The notes beneath the pieces were generated by a model. The model was given only the letters and a program-made list of their open reading frames with translations, did no database searches and had not been told where the DNA came from. DNA of 64,000 nt from the NCBI GenBank assembly GCA_030654075.1, contig JAURYB010000178.1, positions 6,446-70,445 on the forward strand, given 5' to 3'. Shown in pieces: positions 27,272 to 36,246 of this stretch (position 1 is the stretch's first letter; every line of letters begins with the position of its first letter). Origin of the DNA: Bacteroidales bacterium (GTDB lineage: Bacteria > Bacteroidota > Bacteroidia > Bacteroidales > UBA4417). The translations under genes and the position numbers were made by a program.

Positions 27272-28828
27272 ATGGACGAAAACAAAAACCATATTAATAA
27301 CAGGCTCAGCGAACAGCTGCCATCACATTCTCCTGATACGGGGACTTGGCAACGCCTTTCGGACAAGCTCGATAGTATGGATTCAGAAACTGCTTATTAT
27401 GAAAAGCTCCAGGGACTTCCTGTTCATTCGCCTGATGAGGGGACCTGGAACCTGATTTATTCGAGACTTAGCCGTATCGCTTATTATAAAACCGGCATCC
27501 GTATAGCTCTATCGGCTGCGGCAGGGCTGTTGTTATTCTTCACTGTTTCACGCATTTCGGATCAGTATCAAAATAAGCCAGACAGAGTGCTGCAAGTTGC
27601 CAGCCAGGAAAAACATACAAAACTTCCCGGGAAATCAAATCCTGTTAATACCGTGGAAACAAACCTGGCAACAAAGGAAACGAAAACGAGAAAACCAATT
27701 CACAATTACAGGAAACATCCTTCTGACTATAACCTAACAGCTGAAAGGCCTGTCGTGCAAGAAGCTTTAACCACAAAGAGTGAATCTGCCAAAGAACTCT
27801 CAAGCCCTGATATTATTGGCATTTCTACAGGAATTCAGGAACCCGGACTCGTTGTTTCAGGATCGGAAGTTGCAATTTCAGAAACCGGAAATCAGAAATC
27901 AACCCAAGTTGTAGCAGGGTCAGACATTGCAATTCCGGGAAAAGAGAATATTAATATCCCGAAACCCAGCGGTGACGAAACACCTTTAAATGTGGAAATG
28001 GGTTCGGATATTGCAGCTCAAAATACCGGTTTTCAGGATACTGCTACCCAGGCTAAGGAAATAATAAATTCAGAAACTGAAATCAAATCAATTTTATTTC
28101 AGAAAGAGCAGTATGCTACAACTTCTCCCGTATTGAAATATAATGATCCGGTTGATAGTAAACCAATCAACAATAAGAACCATTTTGCGCTGGCTATGAA
28201 TTACCTTCCTGAGAACATCGATAACGGCACTAAAAACTCTCTTTTTCACAATGTTGATGTTACAGCCAGCTATAACAAGGAAAAAGTGAGGTTCAATACC
28301 AGTTTTGGCATGGCTTACAATGAAGAACAAATAGAATTTAACGTGAACTACGCCATCAATACACCTGTAACGGCTTTTGGACAGGGAGGCAACCTGGATA
28401 CCCTAAGTTATAGCCTGGCAGATATGAACTCGCAATATACCGGAAATGAAAGACACCAGTATTTTACCTATAACCTGGGCCTTGGCAGGAAACTCTTCAG
28501 TTCCGGAAAGTTTTCGACATGGGTCAATCTTGGGGCTGGTTTTGGTATCCTGCTTAATAATCCGGACCTGATCGCATCAACTGAAAATTCAGTTAAGAGC
28601 CAGTACAATGTATTAAATGTCAGTGTCAGCAGCGCGAAACCAGTTTATAACGATGTAAATGTGAACGTTGTTACCGCTATAGATTTTAATTATAAAATCC
28701 TCAACAGGTTAAGCATTACTTTCACTCCTACGAGCCGATGGTATTTAAAACCGGTTCTTTCGTTGGAAAGCCAGTCTACGGATAAACTTACCCTCGGATT
28801 TAAGACCGGTATGAAATTCGACTTTTAA
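27272..28828 (+). CDS. Putative anti-sigma factor: single-pass membrane protein with long linker and C-terminal beta-barrel-like domain
   Basis: Starts 5 nt after the sigma-factor stop. It has one TM segment (IALSAAAGLLLFFTV). The C-terminal ~230 aa are rich in alternating aromatic and polar residues. The functional call rests on gene context only. Confidence 0.5.
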   Translation: MDENKNHINNRLSEQLPSHSPDTGTWQRLSDKLDSMDSETAYYEKLQGLPVHSPDEGTWNLIYSRLSRIAYYKTGIRIALSAAAGLLLFFTVSRISDQYQNKPDRVLQVASQEKHTKLPGKSNPVNTVETNLATKETKTRKPIHNYRKHPSDYNLTAERPVVQEALTTKSESAKELSSPDIIGISTGIQEPGLVVSGSEVAISETGNQKSTQVVAGSDIAIPGKENINIPKPSGDETPLNVEMGSDIAAQNTGFQDTATQAKEIINSETEIKSILFQKEQYATTSPVLKYNDPVDSKPINNKNHFALAMNYLPENIDNGTKNSLFHNVDVTASYNKEKVRFNTSFGMAYNEEQIEFNVNYAINTPVTAFGQGGNLDTLSYSLADMNSQYTGNERHQYFTYNLGLGRKLFSSGKFSTWVNLGAGFGILLNNPDLIASTENSVKSQYNVLNVSVSSAKPVYNDVNVNVVTAIDFNYKILNRLSITFTPTSRWYLKPVLSLESQSTDKLTLGFKTGMKFDF

Positions 28829-28890
28829 TCAGATTATACTCTTTCACTGACATTATATGAATTTATCTTGCATTAGCCATCGATATTCAT

Positions 28891-28898
28891 TATATTTG
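28891..28898 (+). promoter_or_regulatory. -7 box TATATTTG (usp)
   Basis: Matches the TAnnTTTG consensus. It lies 33 nt upstream of the ATG at 28931. Confidence 0.6.
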
Positions 28899-28930
28899 TA
28901 GTATAAAACGTTCGTTAAACTATTTGAAAA

Positions 28931-29365
28931 ATGGATAAGATAATAGTTGCCGTTGACCTTTCGGATGTTGCGACTGTAGCACTTAATCATACTGCTTCAT
29001 TCGCCCTGGCGTTTAAAAGCCATGTCCGTATTTTGCATATTGAGGTTCCTGTTCCTACCTATATTGGGAACGAAATTGTTCAACCCGTACTTCCAACCGA
29101 TAATAATGAAGAAACGGAACGGATCAGGAAGGACTTATCGGCAATGGTTGATCACCTCAGTAAGCTTGGTGTTGAAGCCGATTACGAACTTGTTAAAGGT
29201 CCGATAGTTGAATCGATTATCGAAAAAGCTTCAAAATACAATGCTGACCTGATTATTCTGGGAGCACATAACCATGGTTTCCTTTACAGGGCTTTTATAG
29301 GAAGCGTTTGTTCAGGAGTAGTTAAGCATTCACCATGTCCGGTTCTGATTATTCCATCCAAATAA
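28931..29365 (+). CDS. Universal stress protein (UspA family)
   Basis: 144 aa. Begins IIVAVDLSD and contains ADLIILGAHNHGFLYRAFIGSV...PCPVLII. A TATATTTG box lies upstream. Confidence 0.88.
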   Translation: MDKIIVAVDLSDVATVALNHTASFALAFKSHVRILHIEVPVPTYIGNEIVQPVLPTDNNEETERIRKDLSAMVDHLSKLGVEADYELVKGPIVESIIEKASKYNADLIILGAHNHGFLYRAFIGSVCSGVVKHSPCPVLIIPSK

Positions 29366-29517
29366 TATTTAATATCAGATGGATTCAGTGTAATTCCTGC
29401 TCCTGGCAGGTATATTAGTGAATTAGTGAGTTTGCTTTCAGATATTTCTGATATTCAATTTCCCACTATTTATTCTCATACAATAAGTCTATTTATGATC
29501 GCCCCCTTGCGGCATGA

Positions 29518-30087
29518 ATTGGAGAATCTGCATGGCCTGGCTTCGGGATAGAATTACATAATTCAATCAGGAAATCCATTTCAAAAGCTTTTTATTTTAT
29601 TCGGAAAGCACAGAACGACAACGGATACTGGTATCCTTTATGGTTCGGCAATCAATCAGCAACGGATCATAAGAATCCCGTATACGGAACCGCTAAGGTG
29701 GCTATATACTTGAAAGATAGTATGATGTGCGGCAGTTTAGACACCAGCATGAAAAAGGATATTGAAAAGTTGCTATCCGATGCCTGGCAATATTTGTTGA
29801 AACAGCAGAACCGCGATGGCAGCTGGGGTGGCGAAGCCGGCGTTCGGGGAACAATGGAAGAGACGGCACTGGCAATTTCAGCTTTAACGGAAAAAGATCG
29901 CGATGCCTGCCACAGAGGTTTTGAATGGCTGGAAAATGAATATAGACAGCATGGTTTGCGCTCTGCTCCTATCGGTGTATATTTCGCCATGCTTTGGTAC
30001 GATGAAAAATTATACCCGCTGATTTATTATATTGAAGCAATCAGAAGATTTCTGAAGCCAGCAGAAGGTTTTCAATGCGCAACCTAA
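29518..30087 (+). pseudogene. Remnant of a terpene cyclase/mutase (squalene-hopene-cyclase-like) gene, C-terminal third only
   Basis: The track ORF starts at GTG 29698. The same frame is open back to 29518 with no start codon, and that stretch encodes cyclase-like sequence (IRKAQNDNGYWYPLWFGNQ...NPVYGTAKV). A QW-like repeat follows (QQNRDGSWGGE), then the typical tail IGVYFAMLWYDEKLYPL. The expected ~400 N-terminal residues are missing. Confidence 0.55.
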
Positions 30088-30478
30088 GGTCTGATTTAAA
30101 CTTCAGGCCATTTTTTGTACAGCGGGATTATGAATCTCATTAAACATTCACTGCTATCTGACTAAATTTATATTTCGACCCAAACGGGACTTTTCAAAAA
30201 TATAATCAATTATTTTTCTACCAACATATTGTCTCTAACGGGACAAATAGGAAATCTGTTCCCCTGCTTGTAAAAGTGATCTGCAAAAAGCTGCCACTTC
30301 CCAGTTTCAACCAGTAAATTTTGTAGCTTTACCTGTGATAAAACAATCGTGCCAGACCGGCCAGGTAATCGGCATTTGAAACCTTTTCTCTTTCTCTTAT
30401 CCGCGAATTGGTCGTCACGTAAGAAAGCAGCCTCCACACATATACGGTGTAATAACATCATCACTCAAAACAGGAATT

Positions 30479-31129
30479 ATGAATTTTAAAGGAGTTATTT
30501 TTGATTTAGACGGCACACTGGTTGATTCACTCGAAGATCTGGCAGACTCAATGAATACCATACTTCAAAGCTTCAATTTCCCAACCCATCCGCTTGTGGC
30601 TTATAAACAGTTTATTGGCAATGGAATCCGGAATCTCGTGTACAAAACATTGCCCGAAGCAAACAGGGACGAGGCAACAATTAATACATGCTTCAATTTG
30701 ATGATTGAGTTTTATCGCGACAATTGTATTAATAAAACAAAACCCTATGATGGGATCACAGCGTTACTTGATGCGCTGGTTTCCCGTGATATTAAAATGG
30801 CTGTATTTTCGAACAAGGCGGATGAATTTACCAGGAAAATTGTACAGGCTTTACTGCCGGGATGGAAGTTTGAAGCCGTAGTCGGATTAAGCACCGAAGC
30901 ACATAAAAAACCAAATCCCTATGTAGCTTTGCAGTTAAGTGAAAAATTTGGCCTCAGCCCTGAAGAGATAGTTTATGTAGGTGATTCCGGCACCGATATG
31001 CAAACGGCAAATAATGCCGGAATGTACGCGGCAGGAGCATTATGGGGCTTCCGCACAAAGGAGGAATTAACAACAAATGGAGCTAATTGCCTATTATACA
31101 ATCCCTTGAACCTGTTAAATATTTTATAA
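30479..31129 (+). CDS. HAD-superfamily hydrolase (phosphoglycolate phosphatase-like)
   Basis: Contains the FDLDGTLVDS motif I, SNK.. motif and GDSGTDMQTANNAG motif IV. 216 aa. Confidence 0.88.
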   Translation: MNFKGVIFDLDGTLVDSLEDLADSMNTILQSFNFPTHPLVAYKQFIGNGIRNLVYKTLPEANRDEATINTCFNLMIEFYRDNCINKTKPYDGITALLDALVSRDIKMAVFSNKADEFTRKIVQALLPGWKFEAVVGLSTEAHKKPNPYVALQLSEKFGLSPEEIVYVGDSGTDMQTANNAGMYAAGALWGFRTKEELTTNGANCLLYNPLNLLNIL

Positions 31130-31328
31130 ACAAACAGATTAAAGACTGGAAATTACAATATTAAGTGAGTGAGTTTAGCAGAAAAACAAGCACTCTTTTT
31201 TAATACCTGAAGGTTGAATTAAAAGAATCAATAATTCAGTTTCTAAAAATCGGGTAATTTATCTTGCCGGGAGTCAGGCTGGGCTTTGCAACGACTTTTC
31301 TTTTTGTAATCACCATTAAAGGTATAGT

Positions 31329-31358
31329 AAAAGGCCATCCCCAAACCAGGGGATGGCC
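31329..31358 (-). terminator. Rho-independent terminator of the beta-helix adhesin gene
   Basis: 10-bp GC-rich stem GGCCATCCCC/GGGGATGGCC with a 6-nt loop. The minus-strand reading is followed by TTTT. Confidence 0.7.
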
Positions 31359-31407
31359 CGAATAAACACTGATACTCATAAAAATGAGTTACCCTGATGG
31401 TGGTATT

Positions 31408-34400
31408 TTACTTACCGACGATGATCTTCCTTACGATTTGCTGTTCACTATTCCTGATTACAAGCATGTAAATTCCGGGATCGACTGGCCTCAGGTCGAT
31501 AAGCTGTTCGAAACGGCCATTCACCTGAATATCTCTGATTTCACGGATCTGCAGGCCCAGGTTGTTGAAAACAGTGATAGTAAAGTTTTCCTTTGAGGCA
31601 GAGGTCATCGAAATCCTAAACTTTCCATCGTTTGGAACCGGGAAGATCATAATCTCTTCTGTTTGAGTGACAGCAGCGGTAGCTACCTGGGTAAGATCAT
31701 AAGCGCCAATGGTTGGAATATTTGGCCGGATTATCCCTGCATAGTCCGTGGTGATGCCGGGTATCGGCGTTCCGGCAATGAGCAGGGGTTGCTGTGGATG
31801 AAGATCTGTGGAGGAAACATATAAAGGATCGATACTCAGAGAATGGGCATCCTGTCCTGTAGCAGCTTTCCACTCAGCCAGGTTACTCCGGTCAGTATAA
31901 TTATGATTGGCAAGCGGTCCTGCCACACTATAAAAATCATTATAATCTGAGTTCATCGGAGTTTGGTTCCCCACATAGGTGGCATAATGCTTGTTTGTTC
32001 CGCCCGGGCTCCTTGAGTTGGAAAAAATGTTGTTTTTCAACTCAAGGGTATTCTGTGTCGGGAACATAAATGCAACTGTATAAGTTCTTTCTGTTGGCGG
32101 ACCGCTGATGTGGATATCATTGTAATAGAATTTAAAGAACATGCCGTAACTGTTGCCGTCATTTACAAATCCTTTGATGTCCGGGTTTGTTGCAGCCCCG
32201 CCATCAAGGGATATGATATTGTTGGAGTATTCATTCGTTCCAACATCCGAACTTGCGCACCAGATCCCTCTGATGTCTGGCGTCAATGCAGCATTGGAAG
32301 CAGAGATATTGAAAATCTTGTTTCTTCTTGCATTCATGGAATATACGTAAATTCCGCATATTCCCGGGGTTCCCGTGGCAGCGGTCAGGGCCCAGTTCCC
32401 GAAGATGTTGTTCTCCACCGCGTTGCTTTGGTTGACCGAGGCAAGGTAAAGTCCGTATACTTTTCCGGTACCTGCATAGGTAATGGAGCCCGCAACAGTT
32501 TCACTGCCCACGGTGTTGTTCATAATGTTGAACAATCCGCCCCCGATTTTCAGTCCGTAGAAGTTGGAAGTACCGGAGCTGGTCATGGCAATATTCCGGA
32601 TGATGTTGTTGGATAAAGTTCTTGCACCTGCATTCGTTCCCTCATAGTATATTCCCGCAAAGTTACCAGTACCCGGATAGATCCAGGCATTTCCCTGGCA
32701 AAGCGGGGCTTGTCCGCCGACGTAATTGTTTGTTACCAGGTGGTTGAATGTGATATCCATAAAGTAAATGCCATACTGCGATCCGGTGGGTGCCGTGGAA
32801 GAATTATAAAAGACAGAGTTTCCGCTGATGACAGCCCCATTGGCAGCAGCGACCATAAGTATGCCGTAGCTGTTGAAGTTGTACACATTATTGTTCAGGA
32901 TGCTCAGGGAATTGGTCTGGGAGGCAGAATAAATCCCAACGGCCGGAATTCCGATTGTCCCTGCCGTTGCATTGCGGATATCATTTCCAGAGATCTCAAC
33001 CGAATTGCTTCCTGTATTTCCGATGGTCACGGTACCATAATAGGTAGAGTTGTAGTTATTTTCAAGGGTAGAGTTTTTCAAATAGCATGTTTGGGAGCTA
33101 TTGTTGAAAAGTACCGTTCCTGCCGTGCCGGCCGGTGATGCCGTGGTATTCCTGAAGGTCAGGTATTTGCCTGACTGTCCGTCGATGGTGAACCGGGAGG
33201 CTCCGTTGGTTCTGATCAGGGCCGGCAGTGAGGCCGAATAGGTCAAAGTACCGCTGATCGTTCGCAGGGTGCTGGCATCAGGTTTGATCAGCAGAGTGTA
33301 GTTTGACTCTGCAGGATTTTCTGTCCAGGCATTCAGGGCATTGGTACCGGGTTCGGTGAGATCGGCCGTGATACTGATGGTGGTATTCCCACTCAATTCA
33401 CCGCAATTGATTGCTTCAAATGCTCCACCCGCACCGGTTAAGTTCGGATAGGTTCCCGGGACTGTAATCGCTGTTGGAACGATTCCATGGGTTGAAAACG
33501 AATATGCCGTTGACCACATACAGAGATTTCCGCCTCCGCAGTTCGAACGCACCCAAACATAATAGGTTGTACCCAGCGTGAGGGGAGTCATCGCATAGGC
33601 AGTAACCCCGGCTGCGACCGAAGCCGTCGGAGTCGTACTTAGGATCGGGGGTGTGGAGGAGGTGCTGTAATAAATGTCGTATCCGCTTGCCGGTGCCGAT
33701 GCCGGTGGGGTCCAGGCGATGCTGGCCGAAGTCTGACTTATGGCAGTTACAGCAACAGCGGTGGGAGGAAAACAGGAATACGTCTGGCTTACCTGTATAT
33801 CATCGAGGGTGATATACATCGGGGTACCGTTGATCACTCCGTGGATGCCGATGTAATAGTCCCCGGTGGTTGCGGGAGCAAAGGATCCCGAGATTTGTGT
33901 GTAGGTTGCGCTAAGGCCTGTGGGAGATTGTATGTCACCGGTCATGCCGGCAGGTGTCGCAACACTGCCGTATTTCAATTCAATGGTGGCATCGGTGGGA
34001 GTTGAGCCATCTTGTTGCGCCCAGCAGGAAACGGTGTAATACATTCCGCCGGTGAGGGTAAATTTCCTGAACAACCAGGCATTCCCGTAATGCAGTAAAG
34101 TTGCATCCCAGTTCCCGGTGCGCGGTGCACGGTTGAACATAGTCTGGGAGCTGTTGGCCAGCCAGTAATATTCGTAGATTCCTCCATCCTGGGTCCAGCA
34201 ACTTCCCACTGGGGCCTGATCGGTATACTCCGACTCGAATCCATCGTTAAACGGAAGCACACTCACCGCATCGCAAAGCGTTGTAAAGGAGTAAACACTG
34301 GTCCAGGAAGCGCCGGAGCCGCCGCAGTTTGAGCGCACCCAGGCATAGTAAACCGTGTTTTCACTCAGTGAAACCATGGAACAAGTGGTGATTCCGGCTC

Positions 34401-35082
34401 CTACGGTTGCCGTAGGCACTGTTCCCGAAGTCGGGGAGGTGGAGGAGGTGCTGTAATAAATGTCATACCCGTTTGAAGGAGCAGGAGAGGCGGCAGTCCA
34501 TCCAAGGGTTGCAGAACCGGCAGTAATTCCGGTTGCATTAACAGCGGTGGGAGTAGGACATGTGGGTGTGACTTCCATATGTACATTGTCGACGTACCAT
34601 CCATCCGCAAAAGACCCTTCATATTCCCAGGCAATATACACGGTCGTTCCCGCATAGCCCGTCAGCGTATAGGTGGGGGAGAGGGTCCAGTCCCACGGAC
34701 CAGCTCCCAGGTTGGCATTGATGGCAGTCCATGCATCAAGATTCTGTGCGCCGGTAGTGGAGTAATAAAGTCCGTGCTTTGCATAATAGGTTGGAAACGT
34801 ATTCTTCTGATAGTACCTGATATCGACTGATCCTTCTGCCGGAACAGTAACTGCTTTGGAAATGAGCCAGATGTTGCCGTCGTACCAGCTGAAGGCGCAG
34901 CCGCCGGTCAACCCGAAATCCGCAGACCAGTAATCACCGCTGCCAGCCGATTGCCAGGAGGCCCATCCTGCAGGCAAATCAGAAGTCGATTCAAAAGTTT
35001 CGGTAAAAGGTAAGGTGTATTGCGCCTGTGAGCTTCCGGCCCATGCAAGTGAAACAAGCAATAAAAATACAGACTTCTTCAT
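31408..35082 (-). CDS. T9SS-secreted surface protein: two (choice-of-anchor-J/MAM-like + fibronectin-III) modules, right-handed parallel beta-helix region, T9SS C-terminal domain
   Basis: The likely start is MKKSVFLLLVSLAWAGSSQAQ (ATG 35082; the track start at 35142 is upstream). The GYDIYYSTSST...YY.WVRSNCGG module is duplicated. Many N-rich beta-helix rungs are present. The tail is IFPVPNDGKFRI...GIYMLVIRNSEQQIVRKIIV. Confidence 0.85.
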   Translation of the reverse strand: MKKSVFLLLVSLAWAGSSQAQYTLPFTETFESTSDLPAGWASWQSAGSGDYWSADFGLTGGCAFSWYDGNIWLISKAVTVPAEGSVDIRYYQKNTFPTYYAKHGLYYSTTGAQNLDAWTAINANLGAGPWDWTLSPTYTLTGYAGTTVYIAWEYEGSFADGWYVDNVHMEVTPTCPTPTAVNATGITAGSATLGWTAASPAPSNGYDIYYSTSSTSPTSGTVPTATVGAGITTCSMVSLSENTVYYAWVRSNCGGSGASWTSVYSFTTLCDAVSVLPFNDGFESEYTDQAPVGSCWTQDGGIYEYYWLANSSQTMFNRAPRTGNWDATLLHYGNAWLFRKFTLTGGMYYTVSCWAQQDGSTPTDATIELKYGSVATPAGMTGDIQSPTGLSATYTQISGSFAPATTGDYYIGIHGVINGTPMYITLDDIQVSQTYSCFPPTAVAVTAISQTSASIAWTPPASAPASGYDIYYSTSSTPPILSTTPTASVAAGVTAYAMTPLTLGTTYYVWVRSNCGGGNLCMWSTAYSFSTHGIVPTAITVPGTYPNLTGAGGAFEAINCGELSGNTTISITADLTEPGTNALNAWTENPAESNYTLLIKPDASTLRTISGTLTYSASLPALIRTNGASRFTIDGQSGKYLTFRNTTASPAGTAGTVLFNNSSQTCYLKNSTLENNYNSTYYGTVTIGNTGSNSVEISGNDIRNATAGTIGIPAVGIYSASQTNSLSILNNNVYNFNSYGILMVAAANGAVISGNSVFYNSSTAPTGSQYGIYFMDITFNHLVTNNYVGGQAPLCQGNAWIYPGTGNFAGIYYEGTNAGARTLSNNIIRNIAMTSSGTSNFYGLKIGGGLFNIMNNTVGSETVAGSITYAGTGKVYGLYLASVNQSNAVENNIFGNWALTAATGTPGICGIYVYSMNARRNKIFNISASNAALTPDIRGIWCASSDVGTNEYSNNIISLDGGAATNPDIKGFVNDGNSYGMFFKFYYNDIHISGPPTERTYTVAFMFPTQNTLELKNNIFSNSRSPGGTNKHYATYVGNQTPMNSDYNDFYSVAGPLANHNYTDRSNLAEWKAATGQDAHSLSIDPLYVSSTDLHPQQPLLIAGTPIPGITTDYAGIIRPNIPTIGAYDLTQVATAAVTQTEEIMIFPVPNDGKFRISMTSASKENFTITVFNNLGLQIREIRDIQVNGRFEQLIDLRPVDPGIYMLVIRNSEQQIVRKIIVGK

Positions 35083-35520
35083 ATAGCAGGTTTTTGGGGT
35101 GGCTTGTGTTAATGGAATTTTGCGTAGTAGCAGCTTTGGCAATAAAAGTTAATGTGATTGATTGTCCATAATTACTGAGAACGCAAAATAAGAAAATCAA
35201 TGCAAGTAAATTTTTTTGCACGATAAACGGATTATCAGTAACAGAAAATATTACTTTAATGCGTTTTGCGTTTTACCAAGCTAAAGTAAACTATTATCAA
35301 TATAAAAGTTATGTTTAAGCCAATAAATGCAAAATCAATAATTTGAAGTGTGAATTCCGTAATCGCTGACGGCGTTTGCGTCATATCTTCAGTTCTGGTT
35401 TTGATTAAAAAGAGAGTAAATTTTTTTTACATATGAGTCTTCAGCATTTTCAAAGAAAATACTGTACTGTGCTCAACACCCCTTCATCTATTGTAAGTAA
35501 TTTCTATAAATCAATTTACT

Positions 35521-35700
35521 ATGTATCCAACAGGCTTACAGAATACAACAAAGATTATTGCTGCTTGCGGAAATTTGGATCTAGCTGCAAGATATTGCAG
35601 TGAGTTTGAAATTGATGGATACCATGATTGGTTTTTACCAGGCATAAATGAGATAAATTCTATTGCCCGGAATAGATTTAAAGGCTGGATGTGGTTATGA
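35521..35700 (+). pseudogene. Isolated 59-codon fragment of a DUF1566 (Lcl C-terminal-like) domain protein
   Basis: My own translation gives MYPTGLQNTTKIIAACGNLDLAARYCSEFEIDGYHDWFLPGINEINSIARN. This matches the DUF1566 core pattern (NT..I.....A..C.....GY.DW.LP...EL). It lacks a signal/lipoprotein N-terminus and the C-terminal half. It falls below the ORF-track size cutoff. Confidence 0.45.
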
Positions 35701-35936
35701 TTTCTATTGATAGAAATAGGATGAAAAGAGCTATGACAGTATATTGTCTCACAGAGCAATGATTATTTTCATGGCGACTTCCATGTGACCCGTAAAAAAT
35801 CAAAAAAATAAACAGATGAAAACATTATTTTATCAAAATGGTTAATTGAATTGCAACAAAGACTCCCAAAACTTACTTTTTTTTAGTTTCCGAAAAATCA
35901 GATTGACAAACCGTTGACAAAATGCATATAACAAAA

Positions 35937-35975
35937 TAAAGGTTAACAAGCTTTAAATAAGCTAATTAACCTTTA
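35937..35975 (-). terminator. Putative terminator hairpin downstream of tRNA-Leu
   Basis: 10-bp stem TAAAGGTTAA/TTAACCTTTA with a 19-nt loop, followed by TTTTGT on the minus strand. The AT-rich stem makes this tentative. Confidence 0.4.
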
Positions 35976-35982
35976 TTTTATG

Positions 35983-36065
35983 TACCCCGGGCCGGAATCG
36001 AACCGGCACGAACAGAGTTCATCGGTTTTTGAGACCGACGCGTCTACCAATTCCGCCACCGGGGC
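35983..36065 (-). tRNA. tRNA-Leu (anticodon CAA)
   Basis: The reverse complement GCCCCGGTGGCGGAATTGGTAGACGCG-TCGGT-CTCAAAA-ACCGA-(long variable arm)-GCCGGTTCGATTCCGGC-CCGGGGT-A folds as a class II cloverleaf. No CCA is encoded. Confidence 0.9.
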
Positions 36066-36076
36066 AAACTGGAGTG

Positions 36077-36084
36077 CAAAGGTA
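36077..36084 (-). promoter_or_regulatory. -7 box TACCTTTG (tRNA-Leu)
   Basis: The reverse complement of caaaggta matches the consensus. It ends 11 nt upstream of the tRNA 5' end. Confidence 0.55.
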
Positions 36085-36246
36085 ATTATTTTTGTCACTC
36101 CACATTATAAGATATTCGTTTTTTTGAAAGTAATCTATTTCAGAGTCTTGAACCCTTCAACGCGAAGGAATTTGAACGCGAAGCATTTGAACATTGAACA
36201 ACTCAAGCCTCCAAATTCCTCTCTATCTTTCCTGTACTATCCAAAC

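Noticed and set aside
30210-30464. 84-aa minus-strand ORF between the cyclase remnant and the HAD gene
   Set aside because: I could see no recognisable motif. Its start would lie 14 nt from the divergent HAD start, leaving no room for two promoters. It may be real but is unsupported, so I left it out of the feature list.
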